Positions 1-11,682 of a stretch of 64,000 nucleotides of DNA are shown piece after piece. The stretch spans positions 55,676,001 to 55,740,000 of the forward strand of contig OX597829.1 in NCBI GenBank assembly GCA_951406725.2, given 5' to 3'. Origin of the DNA: Octopus vulgaris. Lineage: Eukaryota. The notes below the pieces were generated by a model. It did no database searches, was not told where the DNA came from, and was given only the letters and a program-made list of their open reading frames with translations. Made by a program: the position numbers and the translations under genes. The first letter of the stretch is position 1; each line of letters opens with the position of its first letter.

Positions 1-1560
1 GTGATGATGTTGGTTTTGGTAGTATAGCAAAGATGGTATAGGGACACATTGGTTAAACCTTGATGGATGGAGGATGGTATCGTAAAATGATTAATAACGT
101 CTAGTTAAGAGAGTTCTCAAGCGTTATATCATTCGATAAAATAGTTTGTAAAAGTACTGGATGAATAACACTTGTTTATAGACAATACCGTGTCAATCGG
201 AACTGAAATAAATTTAAATATCTAAAAGCCTTATTGTGGGTTAAATGTGAATGTAAGCATATTCATTTTCTATACAACGGATACGCAGAAACAAAATACG
301 TAGGGAGACTCCTGATAAACCGTTAAGGGATCGTGTAATATTCAAATATATTATTGTTATTCTCATTTATACTATGTTATGGTAAATGAGTAACATTTAA
401 CTTATGACGAACCGTCAAACGCACAAATATAAAAATTAGGCAATTCATACGGTATTAGTCTAATTTATGACTACTGTATAAGCAGGTGGTCTCTGCTATT
501 GGTTTGGGAAGGAAACCAATGACTTTTCTCATAGGAATAGTTAAAAAACCGTGAGATGGTCCGTTAGGGGCCACCCACCCTCTTTTCTCCGCGCATCAGC
601 AGTATAAAAAGTGTTTATATTTTTAGTTAATTCACAGTTCGGCTTTACAATATTTAGATTTATTTCAGTTCTTTTGTATGAATAAACTATTTCAACTCAA
701 ACGTTTCAGAAACAGTTATTTTATTGGTACACACTTGTTAATGTTGTTGCTGCTGTTGTTACTGTTTAACCCTGATATAATGCTTATCTAATCAAAAACA
801 TTCTAGCATTCTCATAATCAAACCTTTGTTTAGTAAAGTGAATAAGTCACACACGAAGAAATGCTCCAGCAATCACTTTTGATCAGTTAAAATCACAAAT
901 GTAAAAGGAACAAAAGTCATAAGCACAAACAAGAATTGTTAAGGAAGACAAGGGAGAGAACTCGGAACTTTATACTGATTAACAAGTAGGAAGTGAAATG
1001 AACTTGATCCATGAAAATACCTTGATAACTCCGGGCATGTTTTAGTCTTACAGCGAAATATAATCTAGCACATGTTTACTAGATCTCAAAACGATTCTGA
1101 GAGCCTTTTGTGACGAAATAATTAAATAATTACTTTTAAATAATGACATTAGTTCAATAAGAAAGATAGTCCGTCGCTGAACATTAACCCAGTTAGATCG
1201 GCAGAATTATTAGGGCGCCCAAAGAGTGCTTGTAGTGTTTAGCTATGAGCATTTACAATTTAAATTCAAATAACATCGAATACAACTTTATTTTTCATTC
1301 TTCCGGAGTAATATATATATAAAACGTAAAATATATATCAATTATAGGGATATATATATATATGTGGATTAATGAATTATCCTTTGTTTACAGTTAACAT
1401 GGAAAATACAATAAACAGTTACCAGGGTAGCAAAATTCACACAAGTAACAAGGATGCAGCGACCTATTCAAAGGTAGAAACTCCGGGTTAATGTGCAGTA
1501 ATTTGTATAGTATAAGTAAATAAATGGAGTTGAACGCAGATGTTATTCAAATTCTTTTAC

Positions 1561-1644
1561 TTTCGACATATGTTTCGAAGACAACATTAGTTTTATTCCA
1601 AAGGAATAAACGGTGTAAAATAATGTAATCTTTTCATCAGGAAA
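1561..1644 (-). ncRNA. Type I hammerhead ribozyme, stem II closing pair mutated
   Basis: Minus strand reads tttc CTGATGA aaag...cttc GAAAC atat GTC gaaa. Confidence 0.65.
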
Positions 1645-1998
1645 AAAAGAAAACCTATCTCAACAAGACATTATAACAATTTCGACGACTACCTTTAGTT
1701 CCTATGAGTGATTTCTACCATTCTATAAAATTCGACTTCTGTTTTCTTACATTGCACTTCTACTAAATATACTTACTTCCATGCCTTTAAGCTTTATTCC
1801 TATTCACCTATCACTCTATATCTCTCCACTATTATTTTTCTACTAATTTCTTTCTTTCTCCTCCATCTCTTTCTATAAAATACCTTTGATGTTATATCTA
1901 CTAACGGTTAAAAAAAACTCGATAGCAGCGTTCCCTTCATCATATACGCAGTCATCACTTTCTGTTAAAACGTCTTACTGATGTGTTTGGTTTCTTTC

Positions 1999-2086
1999 TT
2001 TCCCTGATGAGAAGATTGCATTGTTTTTCACCATTTTATTCGTTCTGGAATAATAGCAATGTTGACTTCGAAACATATGTCGGAAG
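1999..2086 (+). ncRNA. Type I hammerhead ribozyme, intact core
   Basis: Stem I tttcc/ggaag; CTGATGA 2004-2010; stem II gaag/cttc with long insert; GAAAC 2070-2074; palindromic ACATATGT stem III; GTC cleavage triplet 2079-2081. Confidence 0.8.
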
Positions 2087-2579
2087 TAAAAGAATTTGAA
2101 CAACACCAGCGTTTAACTCAATTTGTTTATTTATCTATATTATACAAAACACTTCACCTAAATCTGGAGTTTCTGTCTTTATAAATAGGCTGTTACATCC
2201 TTGTTACTTGTCTGAAATTTTGCTACCCTGGTAACTGTTTATTTACTTTTTCCAAGTTATTTGTAAACACTGGAAAATACACACACACACACACACACAC
2301 ACACGCATATTAATGGGTCTTGTTTTAAAGAATAGGATTATAAGCGAAAACAAAAGATAGGGCAACTTCTTCATATTATCCCTAACACCCATTGCCTTCT
2401 GGGTGTAAAAAGAGCAGAAATGCTATGGGTATTTCTCCAGGCTGGCTAATTAGGGATATTCGTATCTACTTAAAAGCATTAAACACAGTCAAAGGAAATT
2501 TAAACGTTTGTTTGAATTAAGTAGATTAAAACAAGAAGTTTTTGCTACATATAAGTGCGTTTGTGTTTATACCACCGCC

Positions 2580-2937
2580 TATGGCTGAGTGGACGTAAGT
2601 CTGCTTCTCAACCACATGGTTCCGGGTTCAGTCTCACTGCGTGGCACCTCGTGAGTAGATTTGGTTCAGAGAAACTGAAAGAAGTTCGTTGTATATCTGT
2701 GTATGTGTGTGTGTGTGTGCGTGTACACGCGCGTGTTTTGTGTGTGTGTTGTGTGTGTTTGTCCCCCACCACCGTTTGACAACCGGTGATGGTGTGTTTA
2801 CGTCCCCGTTACTTAGCGGTTCAGCCAAAATGACCGATAAAAGTCCTCGGGTCGATTTGTTCGACTACAACCCTCCCAGGCGGTGCTCCAGTATGGTCTC
2901 AGTCAGATCTGAAACAAGTAAACGATAAAAGATAAAA
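2580..2937 (+). mobile_element. tRNA-derived SINE, family A (octopus-type), diverged copy
   Basis: Shares caaccacatggttccgggttcagt...gtgtttacgtccccgt.acttagcggttc...ctgaaacaagtaaa with more than 10 copies in the window. Confidence 0.8.
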
Positions 2938-3759
2938 TGTAACATAGTGATGTGCCGCTGGTTCTGAGCAGAAAAATATAAAAAGAATCTCAAGATCACA
3001 CGGAAGTAAATCGAAACTACCGGAAGTTGTATTCATTGCTCGTTGTGCACGTCAACTACGACTTCGTGAAGCGGTGTACCCGTAATTTTGTGAGTTACCC
3101 AAACCAAAGTTAGTAACAAATTTGTGGAGGTAAACCCACCCAACTCATAAAAAGTATAGCTTTATATGTTTTCTCTTATAATTCACATGATTTAATCAGT
3201 ACAGGTTTGGTTAGGGTAAAATCGATTTAATATGAAATTTGAGAATCTAGAATGTACACAGCGTCAGCGTCATAATTAAATATTTGCGGGCCATTACACT
3301 ATTAGCTGAATCGAATTATGGATTGCGCTAGTAAGTAACTGGACCACTAGATCGTCATTATTACTGAATCCCCATCCTTTGTGTGTTTATGTGTGTGTGT
3401 GTGTGTACGCGTGCGTGCGCGCGAGTGTTTGTGTGTGTGTGTGTGTGCGTGCGTGTGTGCGTGAGTGTTTGTGTTTGTGTGTGTGTGTGTGTTTAACTAA
3501 GACATTATTTACATAAAGTTGAAGTCTGTGTGAACTGCTAATCACAGCTTCTTCTTTCGGTCCTTAGGACCATTGAACGATTTAAACTCCGACTAATGAC
3601 TCACGAAAACTCAACTTTGAATAAATAGTGTTATTGTAACTGGTCTAACATTCCCGGGTACGTTTTACATTTAATTGCTAATCACTTGAACATAAACTCA
3701 GTTCATCTATCTTTCCCTCCCTCCCTCCCTCCCTCCATCTATCCATCCATCAATGAACG

Positions 3760-4660
3760 TACGTATGTATGTATGTATGTATGTATGTATGTATGTATGT
3801 ATGTATGTATGTATGTATGCACGTATGTATGCATGCATGTATGTATGTACGCATGTATGCATGCATGTATGAATGTATGTATGTACGTATGTATGAATGT
3901 GTGAATGTGTGAAAGAGCCGGTTTCTAACCTTTATCCAGGGCTCCTTCATTGGAATTTCAACATCAACAACAAGGTATTATTGTATGTATGTATGTATGT
4001 ATGTATGTATGTATGTATGTCAGGTCACTTTCGAGTGCTACTGGTAACATGTAATCCAGTACAACCTGTTGCATGGTCGGGTCGTCGGCGACTAAACCGC
4101 AACCCCACCAAGCTTGCTTGCACACCCTGCTGGTTGAAAAACAAAACCCGTCAAAGGGCGGAGGAACTCTTGAGAGTCAACAGCCATCTAATAAATGTCT
4201 TAAGGATGTATCATGCGCGGGGACATAGAAATAATCGGAGTGAATACCCGATCGCGCAGTTAAACCATTGGGAGTGAAGGACTCCTAGCCTTTGTTAGGG
4301 AATCCTTCTAGGAGAAGGTAACTCAGGTAACTGGGATAACTCCGACATAAAACCTGCGGCTCAGTGGTTACCGATAATGTTGACTTGTTCTTCTTTTCGG
4401 ATTATGGCTGCTGTTGCTTAGTGAGTGGGATTGACTCAGTGCACAGCCTTTCCTCACTTTAAAAATTATCTTCTTGCACAGGCATTGCACGATAACAACA
4501 TTGATTAAGCTTCGTGCAATGGCCATACTCGATAACAAGGGGGCAGCCACCATGTATGTATGTATGTATGTATGTATGTATGTATGTATGTATGTATGTA
4601 TGTATGTATGTATGTATGTATGTATGTATGTATGTATGCATGTATGTATGTATATATGTA
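3760..4660. repeat. (TATG)n microsatellite tract interrupted by two non-coding inserts (about 3905-3982 and 4021-4551)
   Basis: Pure ATGT runs at about 3764-3900, 3983-4020 and 4552-4650 abut unique-looking blocks. Confidence 0.8.
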
Positions 4661-5875
4661 TGTGCAGATTTGATTGTTTTATGTATGAAATTCTCATGCA
4701 TATACTTGCATATCTAGACATGCTCATACATCCTTAAATGATAAACTTCTGGAAAGTTTTACAGACTTTTACAGTTCCTGTGACGACTTGGATCTGTAGT
4801 CTTCAAATCAGCTTTCTCCTTTCTGGTTTTGAGAAACCTAATTTCTCAAGATTGGTATTTAGGCCAATGTGTTACATATCCCAGGGCCACAATAATTACA
4901 GGTATAAACCTGAGCTTGTAATCTGGAAAGAGTAACTGCAGATTTCTCAACAGTTCAGCGTATTTTGTTTCTCAATGTTAATATCCACTGGGTAGCTGAT
5001 TTTCACAACTGTACACAGGTTTTCTACTCATCCCGAATCATTATGTCAGGTCTGTTGTGTTTACATTTTATCGTGGTTTTCACCGAGACATTCCACCAGT
5101 TCTCCTTATTATGAGTGGCTATGCTTTCCACGTTAGTGTGGGTTTTATTTCTTTGTCCTCGGGATTATCCTTTTGACAGATCTCATTATACAGTGTCCTG
5201 GTTACATTATGTATCATTGGTAGATAACACCGTGATGACATTTTCAGACTTCTGCTTATGATGTGGGTGATGTCATCGATGTTAACTCCACAAAGTCTGC
5301 ATTGGTTGTCACATTTTACTGCTTTTCCTAAGTCTCTGTCCCTTTTGTGCATCGGGTATTTGGTTGATATTCCCTGTTCCTGCATTACAAACGCATAACC
5401 TTCAAAGTGGGAGGTAGTAATCCGGTTGTTGGTCCATGATAGATTGCTTTGATAGCCAATGTTACTATCATCTCGGAGCTTTCTGCTAACATAGCCATGC
5501 ATGGTCTTCTGCTGATATACACGCATCCTTTCATCTCATGCTACGTTGAGGTAGAGTCGTGTGACGTCTTTGGGCATGTATATAAGGTTATCACAACCTT
5601 ATTCTGGACGAGGGGTTCTGCACAAAGAGCTGTTTTCCAAGTTTCATGATTGGCATTAGCCTCATATATCCAAACTTGGTCAAGGAATGCACTTCGACAC
5701 TTGGTACTTAAAAGATGTTGCCGAAGGGATATGATATGACATTCAAAGGCAGTCTGGATCGACGTTAAACCTTTGCCCTCACCCCACACTCTCTTCATTT
5801 TAGGTAGAGGTGGTCTACGTTACAGTCGATGTGCAAATTATGTCTGCTGGTTAGTAGCTTCCGGGTTTTCACATG
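4660..5875 (-). mobile_element. 5'-truncated, decayed R4/Dong-like non-LTR retrotransposon (RLE type)
   Basis: Minus-strand frames give KTRKLLT...VDHLYL..GKGL, EGYAFVMQEQ, the CCHC-type knuckle CRLC...HIIS, and WWNVSVKT...HNRPDI (RLE PD motif). Frameshifted and flanked by (CATA)n. Confidence 0.75.
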
Positions 5876-6057
5876 TATGAATGCATTTATTATGTATGTA
5901 TGTGTCTATCTATGTACGTATGAAAATCTAAGTCTCACTACTCCTCTTGTAAACGTCTAATAAATACGTGCTCTACAAAAAGTATTCAGTAATTATTCAG
6001 ATTAATGTTCACAGCTCACCTCTTTGTTTTTATCATAACTTCACACAGAAACAAACA

Positions 6058-6147
<90 letters not shown>

Positions 6148-6284
6148 AATATACATATATATGTATATATATATATATAAAATGTGCAAATATACATATA
6201 TATGTATATATATATATATATATATATAAATGTGCAAATATACATATATATGTATAATTTTAATCCAAACGGGAAAACAGAAAA

Positions 6285-6326
<42 letters not shown>

Positions 6327-6329
<3 letters not shown>

Positions 6330-6384
6330 TCTATTTAGCTAATATCGAGGCCTCATTCATTCTTTTGTTGTCTTATCATTACTA

Positions 6385-6478
<94 letters not shown>

Positions 6479-6907
6479 TATTTATGTGTGTGTGTGTGTT
6501 TGTGAAGGTACATGGCTTAGTGGTTAGTGTGTTGCACTCATGACTGCGATATCGTGAGTTCGATTCCCTGACCGGACGTTGCGTTGTGTTCTTGAGCAAA
6601 GCACTTCATTTCACGTTGCTCTGAGCTGATGTGTAAAAAACATTTGATCGCTATAAGGAAATCATCTTACGACGGAAGAGTCCATGATATTGTAATTTCT
6701 ATGGTGGTTTTAGGAGCAATAGCTCTGAATTTAGCACGTGATATTATATACCCTACTTAATCTTAAATTACATTATGTTGTGCCTGTAAAGTGTGAACTT
6801 ACTAGCCACCTTATTTTTGCTATAAACAGCTGTAATAATACTTCTTTATATATATATATATATAAGGAAATAAGACAACGTAGTTGAAAACGTCTAAAAA
6901 GACGGAA
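6327..6907. repeat. Left arm of near-identical inverted duplication (partner 10433-11056)
   Basis: Reverse complement of 10433-11056 apart from (TA)n lengths and isolated substitutions. Contains a SINE head at about 6505-6620. Confidence 0.9.
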
Positions 6908-6951
6908 TGTATGTATGCATATATATATTCATATATATTCATACATACATG

Positions 6952-6982
<31 letters not shown>

Positions 6983-7115
6983 CACGTGATCACGTGACCG
7001 ACCAGACCATCAGATGTTGTTACACACCGCTGGTCACAATGCGTTCGCATTGTTTTAGCCTTTGAATGACGCCACCCCGCTGGCTAAGCGAGCAGGCCAA
7101 TATATATATATATAT

Positions 7116-7301
7116 ATAATTAATCAATATAGGGTGGCAAGGAAAATTTTGTAGAATTTTTTTGCCACCAGCGGCCCAGTGGGAAAAAATTAAATAGTCA
7201 TAGACCATTTTTAAGTTCAACATTAACAATTAAGGAACGGCCATAATAGGCCATTCACCCACTAGAAATAACAGCCAAAGCTTCTACCGCAAATAAAGAT
7301 C
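7116..7301 (-). repeat. Inverted 186-bp partial copy of the 485-bp array unit
   Basis: Reverse complement of 7572-7757, fused directly to the array start. Confidence 0.9.
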
Positions 7302-7421
7302 CGACGATTTATTTGCTGCCGATAAATTTGGCGCGAGTGCGACGATTTGAAAATTTTAGGTCAGATATTGCCTTGGCAGGATTGGGTATGCCTCGTGTAA
7401 ATATCTGTTCCGACTTGAGCT

Positions 7422-7528
7422 ATTTCTTGCTGAAGAATCTGAGGGCTTATGGAAGATTGGCTTGATTTAATTTAATCAGGTTAGTTTACCATTAAACAGC
7501 AGATGAAACGGTATACCGTACAAGAAAT
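7422..7528 (+). ncRNA. Type I hammerhead ribozyme, unit 1
   Basis: Stem I atttcttg/caagaaat; CTGAAGA 7430-7436; stem II atctg/cagat; GAAAC 7505-7509; stem III acgg-tata-ccgt; GTA triplet 7518-7520. Confidence 0.85.
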
Positions 7529-7906
7529 TACAGGGTAAATGTTTTTTTAATTTTCTCCTGTTTACGGAATTGATCTTTATTTGCGGTAGAAGCTTTGGCT
7601 GTTATTTCTAGTGGGTGAATGGCCTATTATGGCCGTTCCTTAATTGTTAATGTTGAACTTAAAAATGGTCTATGACTATTTAATTTTTTCCCACTGGGCC
7701 GCTGGTGGCAAAAAAATTCTACAAAATTTTCCTTGCCACCCTATATTGATTAATTATGAATTTTTTGGTTAATTCCGTAATGGAATCGACGATTTATTTG
7801 CTGCCGATAAATTTGGCGCGAGTGCGACGATTTGAAAATTTTAGGTCAGATATTGCCTTGGCAGGATTGGGTATGCCTCGTGTAAATATCTGTTCCGACT
7901 TGAGCT

Positions 7907-8013
7907 ATTTCTTGCTGAAGAATCTGAGGGCTTATGGAAGATTGGCTTGATTTAATTTAATCAGGTTAGTTTACCATTAAACAGCAGATGAAACGGTATA
8001 CCGTACAAGAAAT
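7907..8013 (+). ncRNA. Type I hammerhead ribozyme, unit 2
   Basis: Same sequence as unit 1; predicted cleavage after 8005. Confidence 0.85.
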
Positions 8014-8392
8014 TACAGGGTAAATGTTTTTTTTAATTTTCTCCTGTTTACGGAATTGATCTTTATTTGCGGTAGAAGCTTTGGCTGTTATTTCTAGTGG
8101 GTGAATGGCCTATTATGGCCGTTCCTTAATTGTTAATGTTGAACTTAAAAATGGTCTATGACTATTTAATTTTTTCCCACTGGGCCGCTGGTGGCAAAAA
8201 AATTCTACAAAATTTTCCTTGCCACCCTATATTGATTAATTATGAATTTTTTGGTTAATTCCGTAATGGAATCGACGATTTATTTGCTGCCGATAAATTT
8301 GGCGCGAGTGCGACGATTTGAAAATTTTAGGTCAGATATTGCCTTGGCAGGATTGGGTATGCCTCGTGTAAATATCTGTTCCGACTTGAGCT

Positions 8393-8499
8393 ATTTCTTG
8401 CTGAAGAATCTGAGGGCTTATGGAAGATTGGCTTGATTTAATTTAATCAGGTTAGTTTACCATTAAACAGCAGATGAAACGGTATACCGTACAAGAAAT
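8393..8499 (+). ncRNA. Type I hammerhead ribozyme, unit 3
   Basis: Same sequence as unit 1; predicted cleavage after 8491. Confidence 0.85.
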
Positions 8500-8877
8500 T
8501 ACAGGGTAAATGTTTTTTTAATTTTCTCCTGTTTACGGAATTGATCTTTATTTGCGGTAGAAGCTTTGGCTGTTATTTCTAGTGGGTGAATGGCCTATTA
8601 TGGCCGTTCCTTAATTGTTAATGTTGAACTTAAAAATGGTCTATGACTATTTAATTTTTTCCCACTGGGCCGCTGGTGGCAAAAAAATTCTACAAAATTT
8701 TCCTTGCCACCCTATATTGATTAATTATGAATTTTTTGGTTAATTCCGTAATGGAATCGACGATTTATTTGCTGCCGATAAATTTGGCGCGAGTGCGACG
8801 ATTTGAAAATTTTAGGTCAGATATTGCCTTGGCAGGATTGGGTATGCCTCGTGTAAATATCTGTTCCGACTTGAGCT

Positions 8878-8984
8878 ATTTCTTGCTGAAGAATCTGAGG
8901 GCTTATGGAAGATTGGCTTGATTTAATTTAATCAGGTTAGTTTACCATTAAACAGCAGATGAAACGGTATACCGTACAAGAAAT
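8878..8984 (+). ncRNA. Type I hammerhead ribozyme, unit 4
   Basis: Same sequence as unit 1; predicted cleavage after 8976. Confidence 0.85.
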
Positions 8985-9362
8985 TACAGGGTAAATGTTT
9001 TTTTAATTTTCTCCTGTTTACGGAATTGATCTTTATTTGCGGTAGAAGCTTTGGCTGTTATTTCTAGTGGGTGAATGGCCTATTATGGCCGTTCCTTAAT
9101 TGTTAATGTTGAACTTAAAAATGGTCTATGACTATTTAATTTTTTCCCACTGGGCCGCTGGTGGCAAAAAAATTCTACAAAATTTTCCTTGCCACCCTAT
9201 ATTGATTAATTATGAATTTTTTGGTTAATTCCGTAATGGAATCGACGATTTATTTGCTGCCGATAAATTTGGCGCGAGTGCGACGATTTGAAAATTTTAG
9301 GTCAGATATTGCCTTGGCAGGATTGGGTATGCCTCGTGTAAATATCTGTTCCGACTTGAGCT

Positions 9363-9469
9363 ATTTCTTGCTGAAGAATCTGAGGGCTTATGGAAGATTG
9401 GCTTGATTTAATTTAATCAGGTTAGTTTACCATTAAACAGCAGATGAAACGGTATACCGTACAAGAAAT
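9363..9469 (+). ncRNA. Type I hammerhead ribozyme, unit 5
   Basis: Same sequence as unit 1; predicted cleavage after 9461. Confidence 0.85.
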
Positions 9470-9848
9470 TACAGGGTAAATGTTTTTTTAATTTTCTCCT
9501 GTTTACGGAATTGATCTTTATTTGCGGTAGAAGCTTTGGCTGTTATTTCTAGTGGGTGAATGGCCTATTATGGCCGTTCCTTAATTGTTAATGTTGAACT
9601 TAAAAATGGTCTATGACTATTTAATTTTTTCCCACTGGGCCGCTGGTGGCAAAAAAATTCTACAAAATTTTCCTTGCCACCCTATATTGATTAATTATGA
9701 ATTTTTTGGTTAATTCCGTAATGGAATCGACGATTTATTTGCTGCCGATAAATTTGGCGCGAGTGCGACGATTTGAAAATTTTAGGTCAGATATTGCCTT
9801 GGCAGGATTGGGTATGCCTCGTGTAAATATCTGTTCCGACTTGAGCTC

Positions 9849-9945
9849 ATTTCTTGCTGAAGAATCTGATTTATGGAAGATTGGCTATTTAATTTAATAT
9901 TATTTATATTAAACAGCAGATGAAACGGTATACCGTACAAGAAAT
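9849..9945 (+). ncRNA. Type I hammerhead ribozyme, unit 6 (stem II extension altered)
   Basis: Core and stems I, III and proximal II are intact; the distal stem II is shortened and AT-rich; predicted cleavage after 9937. Confidence 0.7.
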
Positions 9946-10089
9946 TACAGGGTAAATGTTTTTTTAATTTTCTCCTGTTTACGGAATTGATCTTTATTTG
10001 CGGTAGAAGCTTTGGCTGTTATTTCTAGTGGGTGAATGGCCTATTATGGCCGTTCCTTAATTGTTAATTATATATATATATATATATAT

Positions 10090-10126
10090 AAAAATACAAA
10101 ATGAGACCAGAACGTAAAACATCCAA

Positions 10127-10184
<58 letters not shown>

Positions 10185-10214
10185 TTGGATGTTTTACGTT
10201 CTGGTCTCATTTTG

Positions 10215-10221
<7 letters not shown>
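10090..10221. repeat. Perfect palindrome, 41-bp arms around (AT)n
   Basis: aaaaatacaaaatgagaccagaacgtaaaacatccaaatac-(AT)n-exact reverse complement. Confidence 0.9.
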
Positions 10222-10270
<49 letters not shown>

Positions 10271-10280
10271 CATGTATGTA

Positions 10281-10321
<41 letters not shown>

Positions 10322-10432
10322 ACATATATATATACACATATATATGTAGAGGGTAGAAAAGTAACACACGAGTTAATATGTATAAAGAAAAAGCTAAAAT
10401 AGTTTTATCATGAATTACACTTCAGTACCGGT

Positions 10433-11056
<624 letters not shown>

Positions 11057-11070
11057 ATTTATCTACAAAT

Positions 11071-11235
11071 ATATAATATACGACAATCAGTTAGTTGTCA
11101 TAATTGTACTCAGAGTTTCAGATGCTGGGGATAAAAGACATCCTCATCAGTTATTAAAACAAAAATTCCTTTTAGCCCCGGGATCTGAAACTCTGAATAC
11201 TATTAGGACAACTAACTGATTGTCCCATATTATAT
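11071..11235. mobile_element. Short fold-back (11071-11137 / 11169-11235) with decayed minus-strand hammerhead
   Basis: Arms gacaatcagttagttgtc...cagagtttcagat and their complement. Minus strand 11150->11107 reads CTGATGA ggatg...catct GAAAC tctga GTA, with stem I mismatched. Confidence 0.6.
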
Positions 11236-11612
11236 ATATATATATATATATATATGAAATTTCCTTGCATCACTGCCGTAAGGTTTCATTTCCACACGAG
11301 CCAGCTTAATCCAAGTCGTCCTTAGTCGAAAGACACCTGTTGTTATGTCCTGTTATTATTTTTATTGCATTTTAAAAACTTATTTATATTTGTGCAATAT
11401 TGTCCGTTTTTTTTCTGACCTTGTTTTTGTATACATTTGCAGCTTTCTTCCAAGGAATCTAATGCTCTTAGCTTAGGTTTTCCTTGGGACTGGCCAGATG
11501 GGAGCAATCTCAAGAATAATCAGCCGAAATTGCGAGGATAATCTGGTATTTGACTGAAGAAAGAAAACTTCGAAATCCCCGTCTTTGTTTTCTTTGTTGT
11601 CCCATTTTGTAT

Positions 11613-11682
<70 letters not shown>

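Larger units (their letters stand above)
1385..2269. mobile_element. Diverged inverted pair (1385-1655 / 1989-2269) of a Penelope-like terminal-repeat (pLTR-type) sequence
   Basis: Arms are reverse complements (e.g. aaacagttaccagggtagcaaaatt vs aattttgctaccctggtaactgttt). Each arm holds a hammerhead core. Tail-to-tail inverted repeats with hammerheads are typical of Penelope-like elements. Confidence 0.7.
7302..10068 (+). mobile_element. Tandem array of 485-bp hammerhead-containing units (about 5.7 copies); retrozyme-like non-autonomous retroelement
   Basis: Period 485-486 bp (equivalent positions 7422, 7907, 8393, 8878, 9363, 9849). Units are near-identical, with one hammerhead each, and the array is flanked by (TA)n. 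Confidence 0.85.

Noticed and set aside
2995-3075. Two cggaagt ETS-like motifs
   Set aside because: Too short and unsupported by other promoter evidence.
7756-9897. Repeated 64-aa ORF (MNFLVNSVMES...) in each array unit
   Set aside because: No recognisable domain. Identity only reflects the DNA repeat, and it overlaps the ribozyme, which explains the sequence better.
7302-10068. CRISPR array or plain satellite interpretation
   Set aside because: No unique spacers and no cas genes in a eukaryotic context. The ribozyme, inverted end and TA target argue against a simple satellite.
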